From Takakia lepidozioides (taxonomy: Eukaryota; Plantae; Bryophyta): a stretch of DNA of 64,000 nucleotides. The DNA lies in NCBI GenBank assembly GCA_030704615.1, contig CM060732.1:44888001-44952000 (forward strand). Direction: 5' to 3'. The notes under the pieces are model-generated. The model saw nothing but the letters and a program-made list of their open reading frames with translations, had not been told where the DNA came from and searched no databases. This document shows, one piece after another, positions 50,102 to 61,560 of this stretch (its first letter is position 1; the number at the start of each line of letters is the position of its first letter). The translations under genes were made by a program, and so were the position numbers.

Positions 50102-51049
50102 CTACCCAAGCTTGTTGCACCGTCCATCAGCAGCTTGCTGCAAATCCTTGCTCGTACCCCACAACGGAGTGTGAGCAACCATGGCAGGCAACTCCGCCGT
50201 ACCATGCATGTCATCCTGCTCTGCTGGAGGTGGCACATCCTCTGCATGGGCATTGCCTTCCAGCAACTCTCCAGGCCAACTAACTGCAGCTGTGAAGGCG
50301 GCTAGTGTTGGCATCTTGCCCCGCTGGGCAGCTGCAATACCCCCAATGAATGTCACAGGGAGCTGTGCACGGCGACCATCCCCTGACTGCCATCCAGGCC
50401 TGTAGGATGCTGACTCCTCCCAGAAATCCAGGGTGAAGCCCATGGGGTATAACACTGCCCCACCAACGAGGACATCGTAAGAGACCGCGTCTGTCACAAT
50501 GGCCTTGGCTCGCATCACTGAGCCATCTACAGGATGATCCGGCTGCAGTCTAATAGCCAACTGATGCCGTGTCATGCCGCGAGCCTGCTCTGATCCTCCC
50601 AGAGATGTCTGTATCTGGAAAGGACAAGGCTCCATATCCGCCTCCATGAGGCCCAAACCTGCAATAGCAGCTCTGCCCAACATCAGTGGCTGAGCTCCTG
50701 AGTCCAACAAGACCCGCAGTGGCCGGTACTTCTTGCCTGCCGGTCCACTCAAAGTGAAAATGCCTCCCTGGTTGTCTAACAAGACAACTCCAGGTGTCAC
50801 CATGGCGCGCTCAATGGCTGGCCTAGCTGGCAGCTCCGTCAACCTGGCAGCTGCAACTTGCCATGGCGCAGCCGTGGCAGTCTTGACCCTCAAATCCGAG
50901 GATCCCTCTGCCACTATACCTTCCACTAACTCCGCAGAAGATGAAGTGACCTCCCCACTCTCACAGAGAGTTGCTGCTAGTCTGAACACTGCAGCTGGTC
51001 TCACCCCGGCGTCGCAATCATGGTTGCCGAGAACAGTGGGGCTTGACAC
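50102..51049 (-). CDS. Retropepsin-like aspartic protease region
   Basis: RVLLDSGAQPLMLG active-site motif and SYDVLVGG C-terminal motif. Confidence 0.85.
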   Translation of the reverse strand: MSSPTVLGNHDCDAGVRPAAVFRLAATLCESGEVTSSSAELVEGIVAEGSSDLRVKTATAAPWQVAAARLTELPARPAIERAMVTPGVVLLDNQGGIFTLSGPAGKKYRPLRVLLDSGAQPLMLGRAAIAGLGLMEADMEPCPFQIQTSLGGSEQARGMTRHQLAIRLQPDHPVDGSVMRAKAIVTDAVSYDVLVGGAVLYPMGFTLDFWEESASYRPGWQSGDGRRAQLPVTFIGGIAAAQRGKMPTLAAFTAAVSWPGELLEGNAHAEDVPPPAEQDDMHGTAELPAMVAHTPLWGTSKDLQQAADGRCNKLG

Positions 51050-52920
51050 ACAGAGGTGGCTGCCCCCAATAACACACCGGTTGCACTAGCCTTGGTAGCA
51101 GGTGTCAGTGCTGCACGTGTAGCTCTCCCCAATGGCATAGTAACCTCCGCCTCGGTAACCGTCGGGCGAGAACTAGGTGCCATGGATGGCGTTGACACTG
51201 TCTCCGCCAAGGTGAATGACTGAGGCAGCCTCGCCTGACGGCTTGCCTCCCCACGTTGTGGATCCAACTCCACCTCTGCACCTCGTGGCTCAGGAACTCG
51301 TGCTGCTCCTCGAGTCACGGCTGCAGCAGACTCCACCTGCTCTAGTGGTAGTGCTGCTCCGCACATGAATCCCATGCCTCCCATATCTCCTCCATCAGGA
51401 GCAGGAGGTGGACCATCCCGCCTGGGAGCCGGTACCGCCTGAGCTATAGCCATGGCAGCGAGCCTCTGCTCTAGCTGCTGAAGCCGATTGGCCATGCCTT
51501 GGTCAACACCTTGACCTCCGCGTCCTTGGCCATGTGGAGCTTGCCCTTGGCCTGCACCTCGTGCCCGACCACCTCGTCCTCTTTGGGCTGGTCCACCTCG
51601 CCCCCGGCCACCATTGTTCCCTTGGAACTGGCCTGGGCGCAACTCAGGATGCAAGTCATAACACTGGGCATCTACATGCCCATACTTGCCACAATGCCCA
51701 CACTGCAACTGTGCAGGCTGTGCTTGTGCCGGCCTTCTGCCATTCTCTGGGCAATCTCTTTTGACATGGGGTCCTCCACATGTCCAACATATCACCCATG
51801 GTTGCTGTTGGCCTGCAAAAGATGCCACGGGCCTCTGCACCTGAGGTCCCCTGTGTGCTCCATGGAACTTGGGCTGGGCTACCTTGCCCCCCTGACCACG
51901 CTGTTGGGCAGTCCCTTGTGCCTGTGGGCTGACAGCTGTGCCCCGTACAGGCATGTCCTTGCCAAATCCAATTGTAACAACTCGCTCCTCCACCATGTTG
52001 AGCTCAATCCGCTCAGCCAGCAGAAACACATCTGCTAATGTGGGTTGGGCTGCTTGTAACAGGGTTGCATCTCGCACCCTTCTCTTGAGCTCCTTGTCCA
52101 GAATTCCATACCAAAACTGGATTGCCTGAGCTTCAGTAACCCCTTGGGTCACACTTATCAAGCGCCTCATACGAGTGTACGCCTCTCGCAGGCTCTCACT
52201 GGGTTTGCGCTGGAAGTCTTGCAAACTTCGCAGCTTCTCTGTCCGTACACCTTGGTAGTTCCTCCGCAACTCCTGGAAGAACTCCACCACCGGGTTGAAT
52301 CTAGGCACATGTGTTGTAGTTGTGGCAGGAGGAGTAGTAGCACCTTTTGAACTGGTACCACCTACAGAAGTACCAGCACTACCTGCTCCACTACTAGTGC
52401 TGGCAGTGGGAGCTATTGGTACTGATGCAGCTACTGGTCGCGTCGTGCCTCGAGTAATGGAGACGTAGTCAGGTGACCAATACATCCTCCACTCCTCAAT
52501 CTCTGCTTCATGTCCTCGCCTGAACTCGTGGTAATCGTCCATAGGCGGGCCTTCCAAATGCTGGAACAGTCCCTTCCACGCCATGAATGGGGTGAATAGC
52601 TGTGGATTGCGCATCTGCTGCAAATCACACCAGCTGTCGAACTCCTGGATAAAGTCATCCAACTCGATTGTGCCCACAGCTCCAGAGTACCTACGAGGCC
52701 CCTTGGTAGCTCCATACATCTCCTCCATGTCGTCCCACAACAATGGCGAATGAAAGTGCACACCTGTTGATGAAGCCTCCGAGTCTGTGTCTGACTCTAC
52801 AGTAATTGAGGGTGGCGGTGAAGGTGGTCTGAACCAAATACCTCGTCTTGTGAACCCACTCTCACTGTTACTGCCTGTAGCCGTACTCCCCTCAACCCTT
52901 GGGTAACTCCGTAATGACAC
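51001..52920 (-). CDS. gag: Gag with two CCHC zinc knuckles
   Basis: 639-aa ORF with capsid-like FQRKPSESLREAYTRMRRL, CWTCGGPHVKRDC, CGHCGKYGHVDAQC and an RGG-rich tail. Confidence 0.9.
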   Translation of the reverse strand: MSLRSYPRVEGSTATGSNSESGFTRRGIWFRPPSPPPSITVESDTDSEASSTGVHFHSPLLWDDMEEMYGATKGPRRYSGAVGTIELDDFIQEFDSWCDLQQMRNPQLFTPFMAWKGLFQHLEGPPMDDYHEFRRGHEAEIEEWRMYWSPDYVSITRGTTRPVAASVPIAPTASTSSGAGSAGTSVGGTSSKGATTPPATTTTHVPRFNPVVEFFQELRRNYQGVRTEKLRSLQDFQRKPSESLREAYTRMRRLISVTQGVTEAQAIQFWYGILDKELKRRVRDATLLQAAQPTLADVFLLAERIELNMVEERVVTIGFGKDMPVRGTAVSPQAQGTAQQRGQGGKVAQPKFHGAHRGPQVQRPVASFAGQQQPWVICWTCGGPHVKRDCPENGRRPAQAQPAQLQCGHCGKYGHVDAQCYDLHPELRPGQFQGNNGGRGRGGPAQRGRGGRARGAGQGQAPHGQGRGGQGVDQGMANRLQQLEQRLAAMAIAQAVPAPRRDGPPPAPDGGDMGGMGFMCGAALPLEQVESAAAVTRGAARVPEPRGAEVELDPQRGEASRQARLPQSFTLAETVSTPSMAPSSRPTVTEAEVTMPLGRATRAALTPATKASATGVLLGAATSVCQAPLFSATMIATPG

Positions 52921-53461
52921 TCACAATGTGCACCTCCTCCACGTGACACTATAAGGCTCTAGTACTAATCTAATAGTGACACGGGTGGGCACCTGTTGCA
53001 GTTTAAGGGTCATATCCCAATGGCTCAGGGCACCTGCACCTGCATCCACCGCAAGAACTCCTATGGTTGGCTGGTCATCAACCCAACCTCACCATAGAAG
53101 AAACACTGGTGGTCTTGCTGGTCATCACTCCAGCCTCACCACCGACAGCATACTCTAGGATTGACCGGTGATCAAATCCGGCCTAATCCCTATGAAAGCA
53201 AGCGCCCACACAAAACCAACATGGCGCACAGTCAAGCATGCAGGTGTTGGGGGGGATCCAAACACAAGAAATCAAAACATCAACACCCCCACACCAAAAT
53301 CCAGCTGCAATGCTGATCCTGCAGAATATCCCAGCCCAAAACCCCGGACTGACTGGCCTCCACCAAGAGAGGCTTTGGCAACTACAAGTACAAGGTAATG
53401 AAAATAGTACAGAGATGGAGGGGAAGAATAGAAGCCCAACCAAGCAAGATCTAATCCTGAT

Positions 53462-54210
53462 CTATGCTATCAACTGCCAGACTTCTCTCACAGTGCCTCG
53501 CTCTGCATGATGGTAAGGTGTAGGAGGTATATCTATGTCCAGAAACCTGCCACTAACCTTGTCCCAAGCTACAGTAGCTCGCTCTAACCAACCCTCCTCC
53601 TCTTTCTGCCAGGTAGAGACAAAGCAATACTCCCCTATCTCCCGCTCACTGAACACTAAAGAAAACAAAGGTAGGGTCTGATAGTCTCTCAACTCGAAAG
53701 CTTTGAGACGGTTGCGGGTGTCCTCATTGCGAATGACTGCATCTCCTTCACGCACAACAAACATGTCATTGCTGATGAACCCCCGCTCGTGGTTGCCCTG
53801 TGTAGAGCGTATCCGGCTGCAACCATGTCTGATTGCACAAACTTGTGTAGCTCCTGCTCCTCTGCTCCAGTACACCACGGCCTTGTGACTGAACACCTTG
53901 GTCCCCGGGGCTGTCTTTGGCTGTGTTCCAAGCCTAGCTTTCACCCACTTTGGTATTTCACCTACAGCTGCAAACTGTTGGCTCCAACAGAGTTCTGACT
54001 GTCCAAGGCGATATTGAGGCCCTCAATGCCAACTACAGCAGTCTGTTGTCTACTGCTAATGCCTGACTCCCAGTATGCAATCAACTCGTCCAACTGTTCT
54101 CCACTCAAATCAGTCTGAGTTCCTTGGGAAACATAAATCCTGTCCCCTTGTGTGCACAGACTAAGAGAAGAGACCTGCCCTTCAATTACGTCCTCATTTC
54201 CCCCAGCCAT
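53462..54210 (-). CDS. Additional ORF of unknown function upstream of gag (two pieces, probably one frameshifted ~250-aa ORF)
   Basis: The 82-aa and 160-aa ORFs are co-oriented and joinable by one frameshift near 53975; no motif recognised. Confidence 0.45.
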
Positions 54211-54463
54211 GCAAGGAGTACATCCACCAATTTGTCTCTCATATAGACCAGCACAGGTTCTAGAGACAGGATTGTGGATCTTTCATGGCACACTCACACT
54301 CTAAAAATTCCATAGATTTTTAGTAGAGTCCCAAAAACAGAAACCAGGTCTAGATAGGTAGATTTCCCCTTTCTGCAGCTATCCCCTCAAAAACTGAGTC
54401 AAACGGAGCTCATTTGACAAAGAAATGACCAACCAGGCTCTTTAAACATTTAAATTAGATCAA

Positions 54464-54468
<5 letters not shown>

Positions 54469-54499
<31 letters not shown>
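54469..54499. repeat. 31-nt poly(T) (poly(A) on the element's sense strand)
   Basis: Homopolymer visible in the sequence. Confidence 0.9.
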
Positions 54500-54503
<4 letters not shown>

Positions 54504-54819
54504 CCAAAACGCTTTTGCCATTACAACCTGTTCCCAGGTTATCTACGAGTTCCCGAGGTCGTTCATGTAGTTCTCACAGGTTCCCTTACCAATGTCCACA
54601 GAGCTTGAGCTGCCAAAACAAAACGGGATCTTTGCACCACGGCCAAGGAAGGGGCCGCAGCAAGCCGCGTGCATGCCATTGCTGTCGCCATCTCTTTCCC
54701 GCTTCCTCACCTAGCCCAAGCTTGCAAACTCTGAGTGGGCTCTATTGCGAGTTTCTCCTCGCCGAGCAGATGCCAGCACAGCGACGGCAGATCGAACGGA
54801 CGGCCAATCTTCGAACCTA

Positions 54820-55111
<292 letters not shown>

Positions 55112-55230
55112 TGATTTGGTGTCCGCCAGACTTATGCTTCCTGGCCCCAGCCGAATAGAGAGAACGCTGCCCCAACAATTGTAGACTTCCGCTTCGCTTA
55201 TTTGAAGACGATGCTTGGCAAAATCTTATC

Positions 55231-55830
55231 TCAGTAAGTGATATTAAGAAACTTGGCCATGGCTTCCACGGCACCTGGTGGCCACTGCAGCTCTACACCA
55301 ATCCACCTGATATTGCTGTACTGCGGTTCCCGAGCAGTGGTCTCAGAGAACCGTTCCTCTGCCCGGCTGCGGTCACCTTCTCTCCACAGCACTGCCGCTA
55401 GAGCTGCATGAGCCTCAGTGTAATTTGGATACTTCCGGACAAGGCCTTGTATCAGTTTCTTGGCCTCCCCCAATCTGTCGAGCTGAAAGAGAACCAGAGC
55501 TTACTTGAGTCGGTATCTGAAATCCTGGGCCGCCTCCTCAAACTTCAGAAGGGAGACCCTCACACTCCCCCGGTTGGACCAGACACTGGCATTTGCGGAA
55601 TCCTCATCTATCAAAGCTGAAAACAATTCTTCAGCAATTTCCAGGTCTCCAGCAACCGCCGCCCTGAGAGCATCCTGCAGCTTGGGATTTTCAACGTCTT
55701 TGAGCTTTACTCTCGTTGAAACTGCTGCTTTTGCAGGAAGATCAACATTGCCCAACCTTAGTGCTCCAAGTGCCACAGAAAGGCTGAATAACAGCTGGCG
55801 TCAGGCAGTTACTGACGAGTGCCCTGCGAT
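55231..55830 (-). pseudogene. Captured thylakoid-lumen-type TPR protein sequence, processed and internally deleted
   Basis: (R)RQLL...PAKA targeting-like signal, VWSNRGSVRVSLLKFEEAAQDF (TPR), in-frame stop, then LVRKYPNYTEAHAALAAVLW.EGDRSRAE...WPP. Confidence 0.75.
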
Positions 55831-56159
55831 ACCGGCATTACCATCTCTTCCTTCTCGTTGTAGTCGTCTCTCTGCCTGGCCGCTCCTCAGCTACAGACCG
55901 CAGGCTTCGTTGAAACTTGAGCTGGGTAATACCCTGATTCTTGGGCTCTCCATAAGCGGTACCCTTGCTCACAGGCCTCTTCAATCCAAAAAAACGGGCT
56001 GGCTTGGAGTCACCCACGGCAAGCCCTTCATTTCCACTCCACACGGCAGCCCTGAGACGATGACAGGATCGCTGCAGAAGAATCTAGGCACGAAAAAGAG
56101 CTAACCTCTAACCCGTTGTTACTTGATGAATCAATCAGGCAGCATTCATCTCCAGTAGC

Positions 56160-56291
56160 CTGAGCAAGATCTCTACTAAACGCGTGACTCCAGCAAGATC
56201 CGCTAGCAGTAACTGCAAGTGAAGTATCCACCGCAAGCTTAATAGCTTTCTGCCGCTCCGGAATGGTTAAACACTCAGTTGAATCATTCAT
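56160..56291 (-). pseudogene. Captured IBH1/AIF-like atypical bHLH N-terminal fragment
   Basis: ERQKAIKLAVDTSLAVTASGSCWSHAF resembles the IBH1-like AIKL.AD.AMA......WSRAL motif. Confidence 0.5.
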
Positions 56292-56370
56292 AGACCTGTG
56301 TCACACCAAGGTATATTATAATAGTGCTAAAACAAACATTATATCTAGCTTAGCACTAGAAAACTAGATG

Positions 56371-56386
56371 GCTGATCTCTCTCGAG
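56371..56386 (-). promoter_or_regulatory. Putative self-priming PBS
   Basis: Minus-strand CTCGAGAGAGATCAGC directly abuts the 5' LTR and is complementary (15/16) to LTR positions 56578-56593. Confidence 0.65.
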
Positions 56387-56743
56387 TGATAATGAAGCTT
56401 GAAAGGACATACACTCCCAACACAAGAAATATAAAATCCATCGCTATCACTCATTGAAACTGAAGTCGAGCCAGGGGCACCCCAAGCTATGGGGACTCCA
56501 CCCCACAACAACCTGTATCCCTACATAAGCACACTAAAAACCTAAACACATGCAGGAGCTCGGTCGCGCAGGCTCAACTCGAGAGAGATGAGCTGCGCGA
56601 CTGCCGCTCTCGTGAAGATAAGACAGACCAGGTGTCAAACTAAACTTGACACCTGATTTAACACTTGACCTAAATCCAAGTGTTAAATACAAATAACTAG
56701 TTTTATTCTAGCTGTTTTCACACTGTGCTTATTTAACTTGACA
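56387..56743 (-). repeat. LTR core B, 5' copy
   Basis: Direct repeat of 44930-45280; flanked externally by TSD GGTG. Confidence 0.9.
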
Positions 56744-57704
56744 GGTGGAATTTCTGAGGGTTTTAAAAACTGGGTAAATTATTAAATTCTGTTTGATGGT
56801 TTTATCATAATTAATATTAAGTGCTGTTACATTGAATGTATGAAGAAACAAAAGAAAAAAGTAATACTAGATTATATTTTCGAAAAGGATTTTTAGATTT
56901 CGTTTTTTTTTTCTGGGGCAACTTAAAAAATGACCACGTGGTGATGATGACAGTTTTCAAAGTTCAGTTTTCTTTTTTTTCCTTGTGGCTTTAAAATGAC
57001 GACGATGACATGACTGCCGATTAACAAAATTCATTTCTTTTATGGGCAGCTTTAAAAATGATGGAAATGACATGGCTGATGATAATGTGGTGATGATGAT
57101 GTGGTGACCATGCCATATCACTGTTCCATCCTATTATTGCTCTACAACACTAAAACTAGTCTTCGACCTTCATTTGTCACTAGAACTAGGGTCGCACATT
57201 GCTTCGTACTACTCGTGAGAACAATGTCAAAAAAGTTCAACGTTTATTTCATTTTGATTGGAAATATATTATATGCGAAAAATAAGGAGTAATGTAAGAC
57301 TTAATGTAGGAGTGCGAAATGTGAGTAGTTTTGCTGGTTTGGAATAGCATCAGCTTCTTGAGCTTGTTGAGAAAAAGAGAGTATTATGGATCAACCGATT
57401 ACTTACCCTTCCATGTTGCCCTGGTTACGGCCATGTTTACCTTCCAAATGGAAAGCGGTAGTCTTTCAGGGTGAAGTGACTCCGTATAAACAAGAAAAAT
57501 CCTAGTATTAAGATTTTTGATATTTCATTAGCTATTACCATTCAGATTTAATATATATACATATACACTGGTAAGCTGAAACATGCTCACCACAAAACCA
57601 AAGGGTTGATCTTGTGAGGGTTTCGAATTTCTGTTTGGTGATTGGATCATAGTAATGCGTAGAAGTGCTATAACAATTACATTGAATATCTAAAGAAAAC
57701 TTAA

Positions 57705-59329
57705 CCTCTACAGAACGAGCTAAATTCCTGCACTTTTGGACAAAAAGCGTACATACCCTGTATTGCCTTGTTGTATCTTCCTTCCACATACATCCACAGG
57801 GATGAACCGTACAATGTCATCCCTACTGACATAATGAACACTGTGACAAAATTTCATGAGATTTCACCATTGCAAATGGAATATGATAGCAAAAGAAAAT
57901 GCCCCAAATTGAAAACAAATCGATTACCGGCCCATGACAAATTCACCTTTGACCAATGCTTTTTGGCATTTTTGCAAACTTTTGTAGAGTGATTGGCCTC
58001 CACATTCTGGATTTGGGGCATATAGCAGGTGCTCCCTGCAAATATCAGTCTGATCCACCAAAAATAGGGGGGTGTTGCTTTGTATGTGAATTATGGGGGG
58101 GTAAATTCATCCCAAGTTCCTCTACTCACCCAAAAGCTCCTAAATGCCCACCAAAACTAAACTGACTGCAGATTCCACTGGTTATTGCATGCACCACTGT
58201 TTGGCAAAGGTCACTGCCCAAAAGAAAATTTGATTCAGAGGAAATTCCCCGGGTGGATGTGATTTTTTTTGGATTTTCCGGCCATCGCCAAACCAGGCAT
58301 TCTGGTGCCGGACCGGTGTCTTCTCTGGCCAGAATGGATTTCCGGCCTGCCACGTGGGCAGTCAACGGGTGTAGACCAGTGTTGGTCTGGTATCTTGAAT
58401 TGGAAATACCAGAAGAGTTCTGGTATGAAGTGCTGAATTTTCTTAAGGTAGGTAGGTTTTCCAATAATGCAGCCCCTGATTTTTTCAAGTATGAATCTGG
58501 TATGCATAGAGTGGTTTAAGAAAAAATCAATCCGGATATGAGCAATGGTATCTGAATGTCAATAACCTAGAAATATGAACTCGGATATGGTATTAAGAAA
58601 ATAATAAAATAAAAATGGTACTAGTATTCAAATTCAAATTCAATATTGAAATGGCCATTTGAACCGTTCAAATGGCCATTTCAATATTCAAGAATACCAC
58701 AAGGGGAACCTACTCATCTCATAGGATACCAACCCCCATACAATTATACACTGAATCAGAATTGCTGCATCCATAGTGTCTCGCAAATGAAGATCAAAGT
58801 GTCATTGTTATAATCAAATAGCTAGTATATGCCCCTAGCCCTAAATCTCTACTCTACATTACAAAGTACCCCAGCGCATATTAACAAGATACCCGAACAG
58901 ACCTGTAGCGACGAGTCGAGCTCTGGTAGGGGTCGGGGAAAGGAGAACCCTAACTGCCGCCTGGTAGGGTTTGGGGGGCTGCCAGAGAACTCGAGAACCT
59001 TCTGGTAGGGTACTACAAATGTTTACGGGAACAGAGAACAATAGGTTAGGTTAGGAGAGACCCGGGTTGATACCCGGCGAAACCTAGATACCAGACCAAC
59101 ACTGGTGTAGACACCCCGGAGCCAAGAAATTCCTGGACCCCCTCACACGTCGAAAATTCCACCATGCAGGGAATTGATTGTTTTCCGGAAATCAATTTCC
59201 GGGCGTGTAGAGGACACCGGGACCCACCTTTTTCATTGAGGGCACACTTTCATCTGAGTTCATCTGGCTCAGTTACTACCTAGATCAAAAACGACACCAC
59301 CGGTTTCGGGTCGCGTCATCGTTTAGGGG
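57705..59329. mobile_element. TTAA-flanked non-coding insertion with internal inverted repeats
   Basis: TTAA at 57701-57704 and 59330-59333; interrupts an AT-rich repeat unit; internal palindrome and inverted repeats; weak termini (CCTCTA / TAGGGG). Confidence 0.5.
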
Positions 59330-61321
59330 TTAAGAGAGAAAGAAATCAATATTAGAATAAAATTGATAAAAATGATTGTCATAATTTAGTTTTTTTTTTT
59401 GGCGGGCAGCTTAAATATTAGAGCAGATTTGACAAAAGTGATGTAAATAATTCAGTTTTTTCTTTTTTTTTCTTTTTTTTCTCTGGGCAGATTCAGAAAA
59501 TCTGACTACCATGACGTGTTGATGCTAACATGGCACTCTGCCACCCTATTCCTGCTCTACACTAAAACTAGCCTCCAAACTTCAGTTTCACTAGAGTTCA
59601 TAAGGCAAATGTTAAATGTTAATTTTTTAACAATGTTCTCAAAAGTCGTGTGGAGCAACGCACTATAAGGTTCATCCCCATGGACGATTGGGGGTAAAAA
59701 GGTACAACCTTGTCCGTGAGGGTACATATGCAAGTTATTAGTGGGCCCACCAAAATAGTGCTTGTCGTTTAGTGCAGGGCTTGCACATCATCCATTAACG
59801 TGTTTTTGTGCTCGCAGGTCTATTTTGGCTTATCATGTTGAAGTCAACAGAAGAAAATGTGGTCAAAGGATCTTACACAATGTGAAGGCTCTGATTGGTG
59901 GTTATGCTGAGTCATGCTCCGGTTTTGGGATGAGTTTTGCCGATTTGTCACGTTCTTATTGGCTCAGATGACGCTGAATATAACCCATATTCTTTGCCCT
60001 TCATGTTTAATCGGTTCTGGATGATTTTTGCCTATGTGCCAAGTTGTTATTGGCTCTGAGGACACTGGAATATAACCTATATTCTTCGCCTTCAAATTTG
60101 ACCGGTTCAGTCAATCTTGATTGATTTGACGATGCACAAAGGATTTTAAGAAATGGACGACACAGATGGGAACAATGTAACGGCTCACCTGATCCAAAAA
60201 CTGGTTATGTCACGTAGCCGGTGCGAGGTGGTAATGTGGGCCCTAAATATTGTGCCCACATTACAGCCGGTAACCACGCTCCTCGCACCGGTTACCTAGT
60301 CCTTACCTTCCTCTTATGTGTTGCCAAAGCAAGAGAGCCCATATGTAAACCCAAGTTTCAATCAAAGAAAAACAAGCAAGAGTTACTGGGGGCTAGTGAA
60401 GAGGCGGGACAAGGACATGCCCGCCTAAGGTAGTGGTATCTAGAAGTGTGCTTTTAAGCAATGTGCAATGTCCACAAAAATTACATGAGTTGAATAGCAA
60501 ATGAAGCAACAATCGTTGTGTAAAGCACATAATTTTCCAATCATTAATGTATTATATATGAATTATCAAAATCAATGTACATATTATCCCACTTCTGCTC
60601 AGTAGGTCCCTCCTGTAATGCCATACATTGTTCCTTGATATGCGCTTAAAGGTGCCATGAGTGCACAAGGTGTGCACCTACACCTTTCCCAAAAAATTAC
60701 CAAAACCAGGCCATGTGTGGGCCCAAATGTACCTACCTCCCAAATCCGTGCATCTACCTATGGAAGGACCCATAACTTACCTTGCATGGATCACAACTTG
60801 TGCAATTTCTGACCATACATGTATCAAGTAGAACCCCTAAATCTGCCCTGAGATGACCTACAAATCCTCAGACATGACCATCTCAGAATCTTAAAGTAGC
60901 CATCCCGTAGACACACCTGGAAGACTCGAGAGCTCCCTCATTTCCCATTCTCCTGCCATTCCAAGGCAACTTCCGCCAAAGACTTGCTCCTCCTGCTCCT
61001 CCTTATTCTGTGGACTTCAGGGTGCCTTAAGTTATGCATGCTCTCACTGCCTTCCGTTGATCACACCCCTATGTGGTGTCAAATGTGGGACCCCATGTAA
61101 CTGGCCCGTGTGCCTAGCTAGGAGCCACGGTGACGAATTGGCTGGTGTCTTCACTGTTTTTCTTTGCTCGACGTCGCCGGATTGCCATGGCTTGGTTATA
61201 CCTGCATATGTTCGGAATCGATCCACAGAACGGGGCATGGTGCCTGATGGGCCCTCCCGACTTCATCAGTGCATGCAAGTGATAGCCATACTCCCCCAAT
61301 GCCTTGTTTGTCCATTGTGCG

Positions 61322-61560
61322 TCATATGCTTTCTTTGCTGCCGCTTCTTCCTTTTCTGATCCGAGTCGCCTCTTGCTTGGCTAATTTTTCTGCTACCTTC
61401 TTCTCCCGTGCAATGCATTGGTCCTCTTGTTTCTTCTCTTTGGCTGCAATTGCTTCCGCCTTGAGTCGTGCTTTATGCTCAAGGGAATTGACGTAGTCAT
61501 CGTTGGTCATAATTATGGATTTGGAGTAATCGATTAACACTTGCCCATCTTGAGTCATTC
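61322..61560 (-). pseudogene. Possible pogo/Tc1-like transposase C-terminal remnant
   Basis: IDYSKSIIMTNDDYVNSLEHK followed by a K/E-rich coil; no catalytic core seen. Confidence 0.35.

Noticed and set aside
51001-51049. Programmed gag-pol frameshift
   Set aside because: No obvious slippery heptamer; similar 1-bp shifts occur throughout pol, pointing to decay or assembly indels
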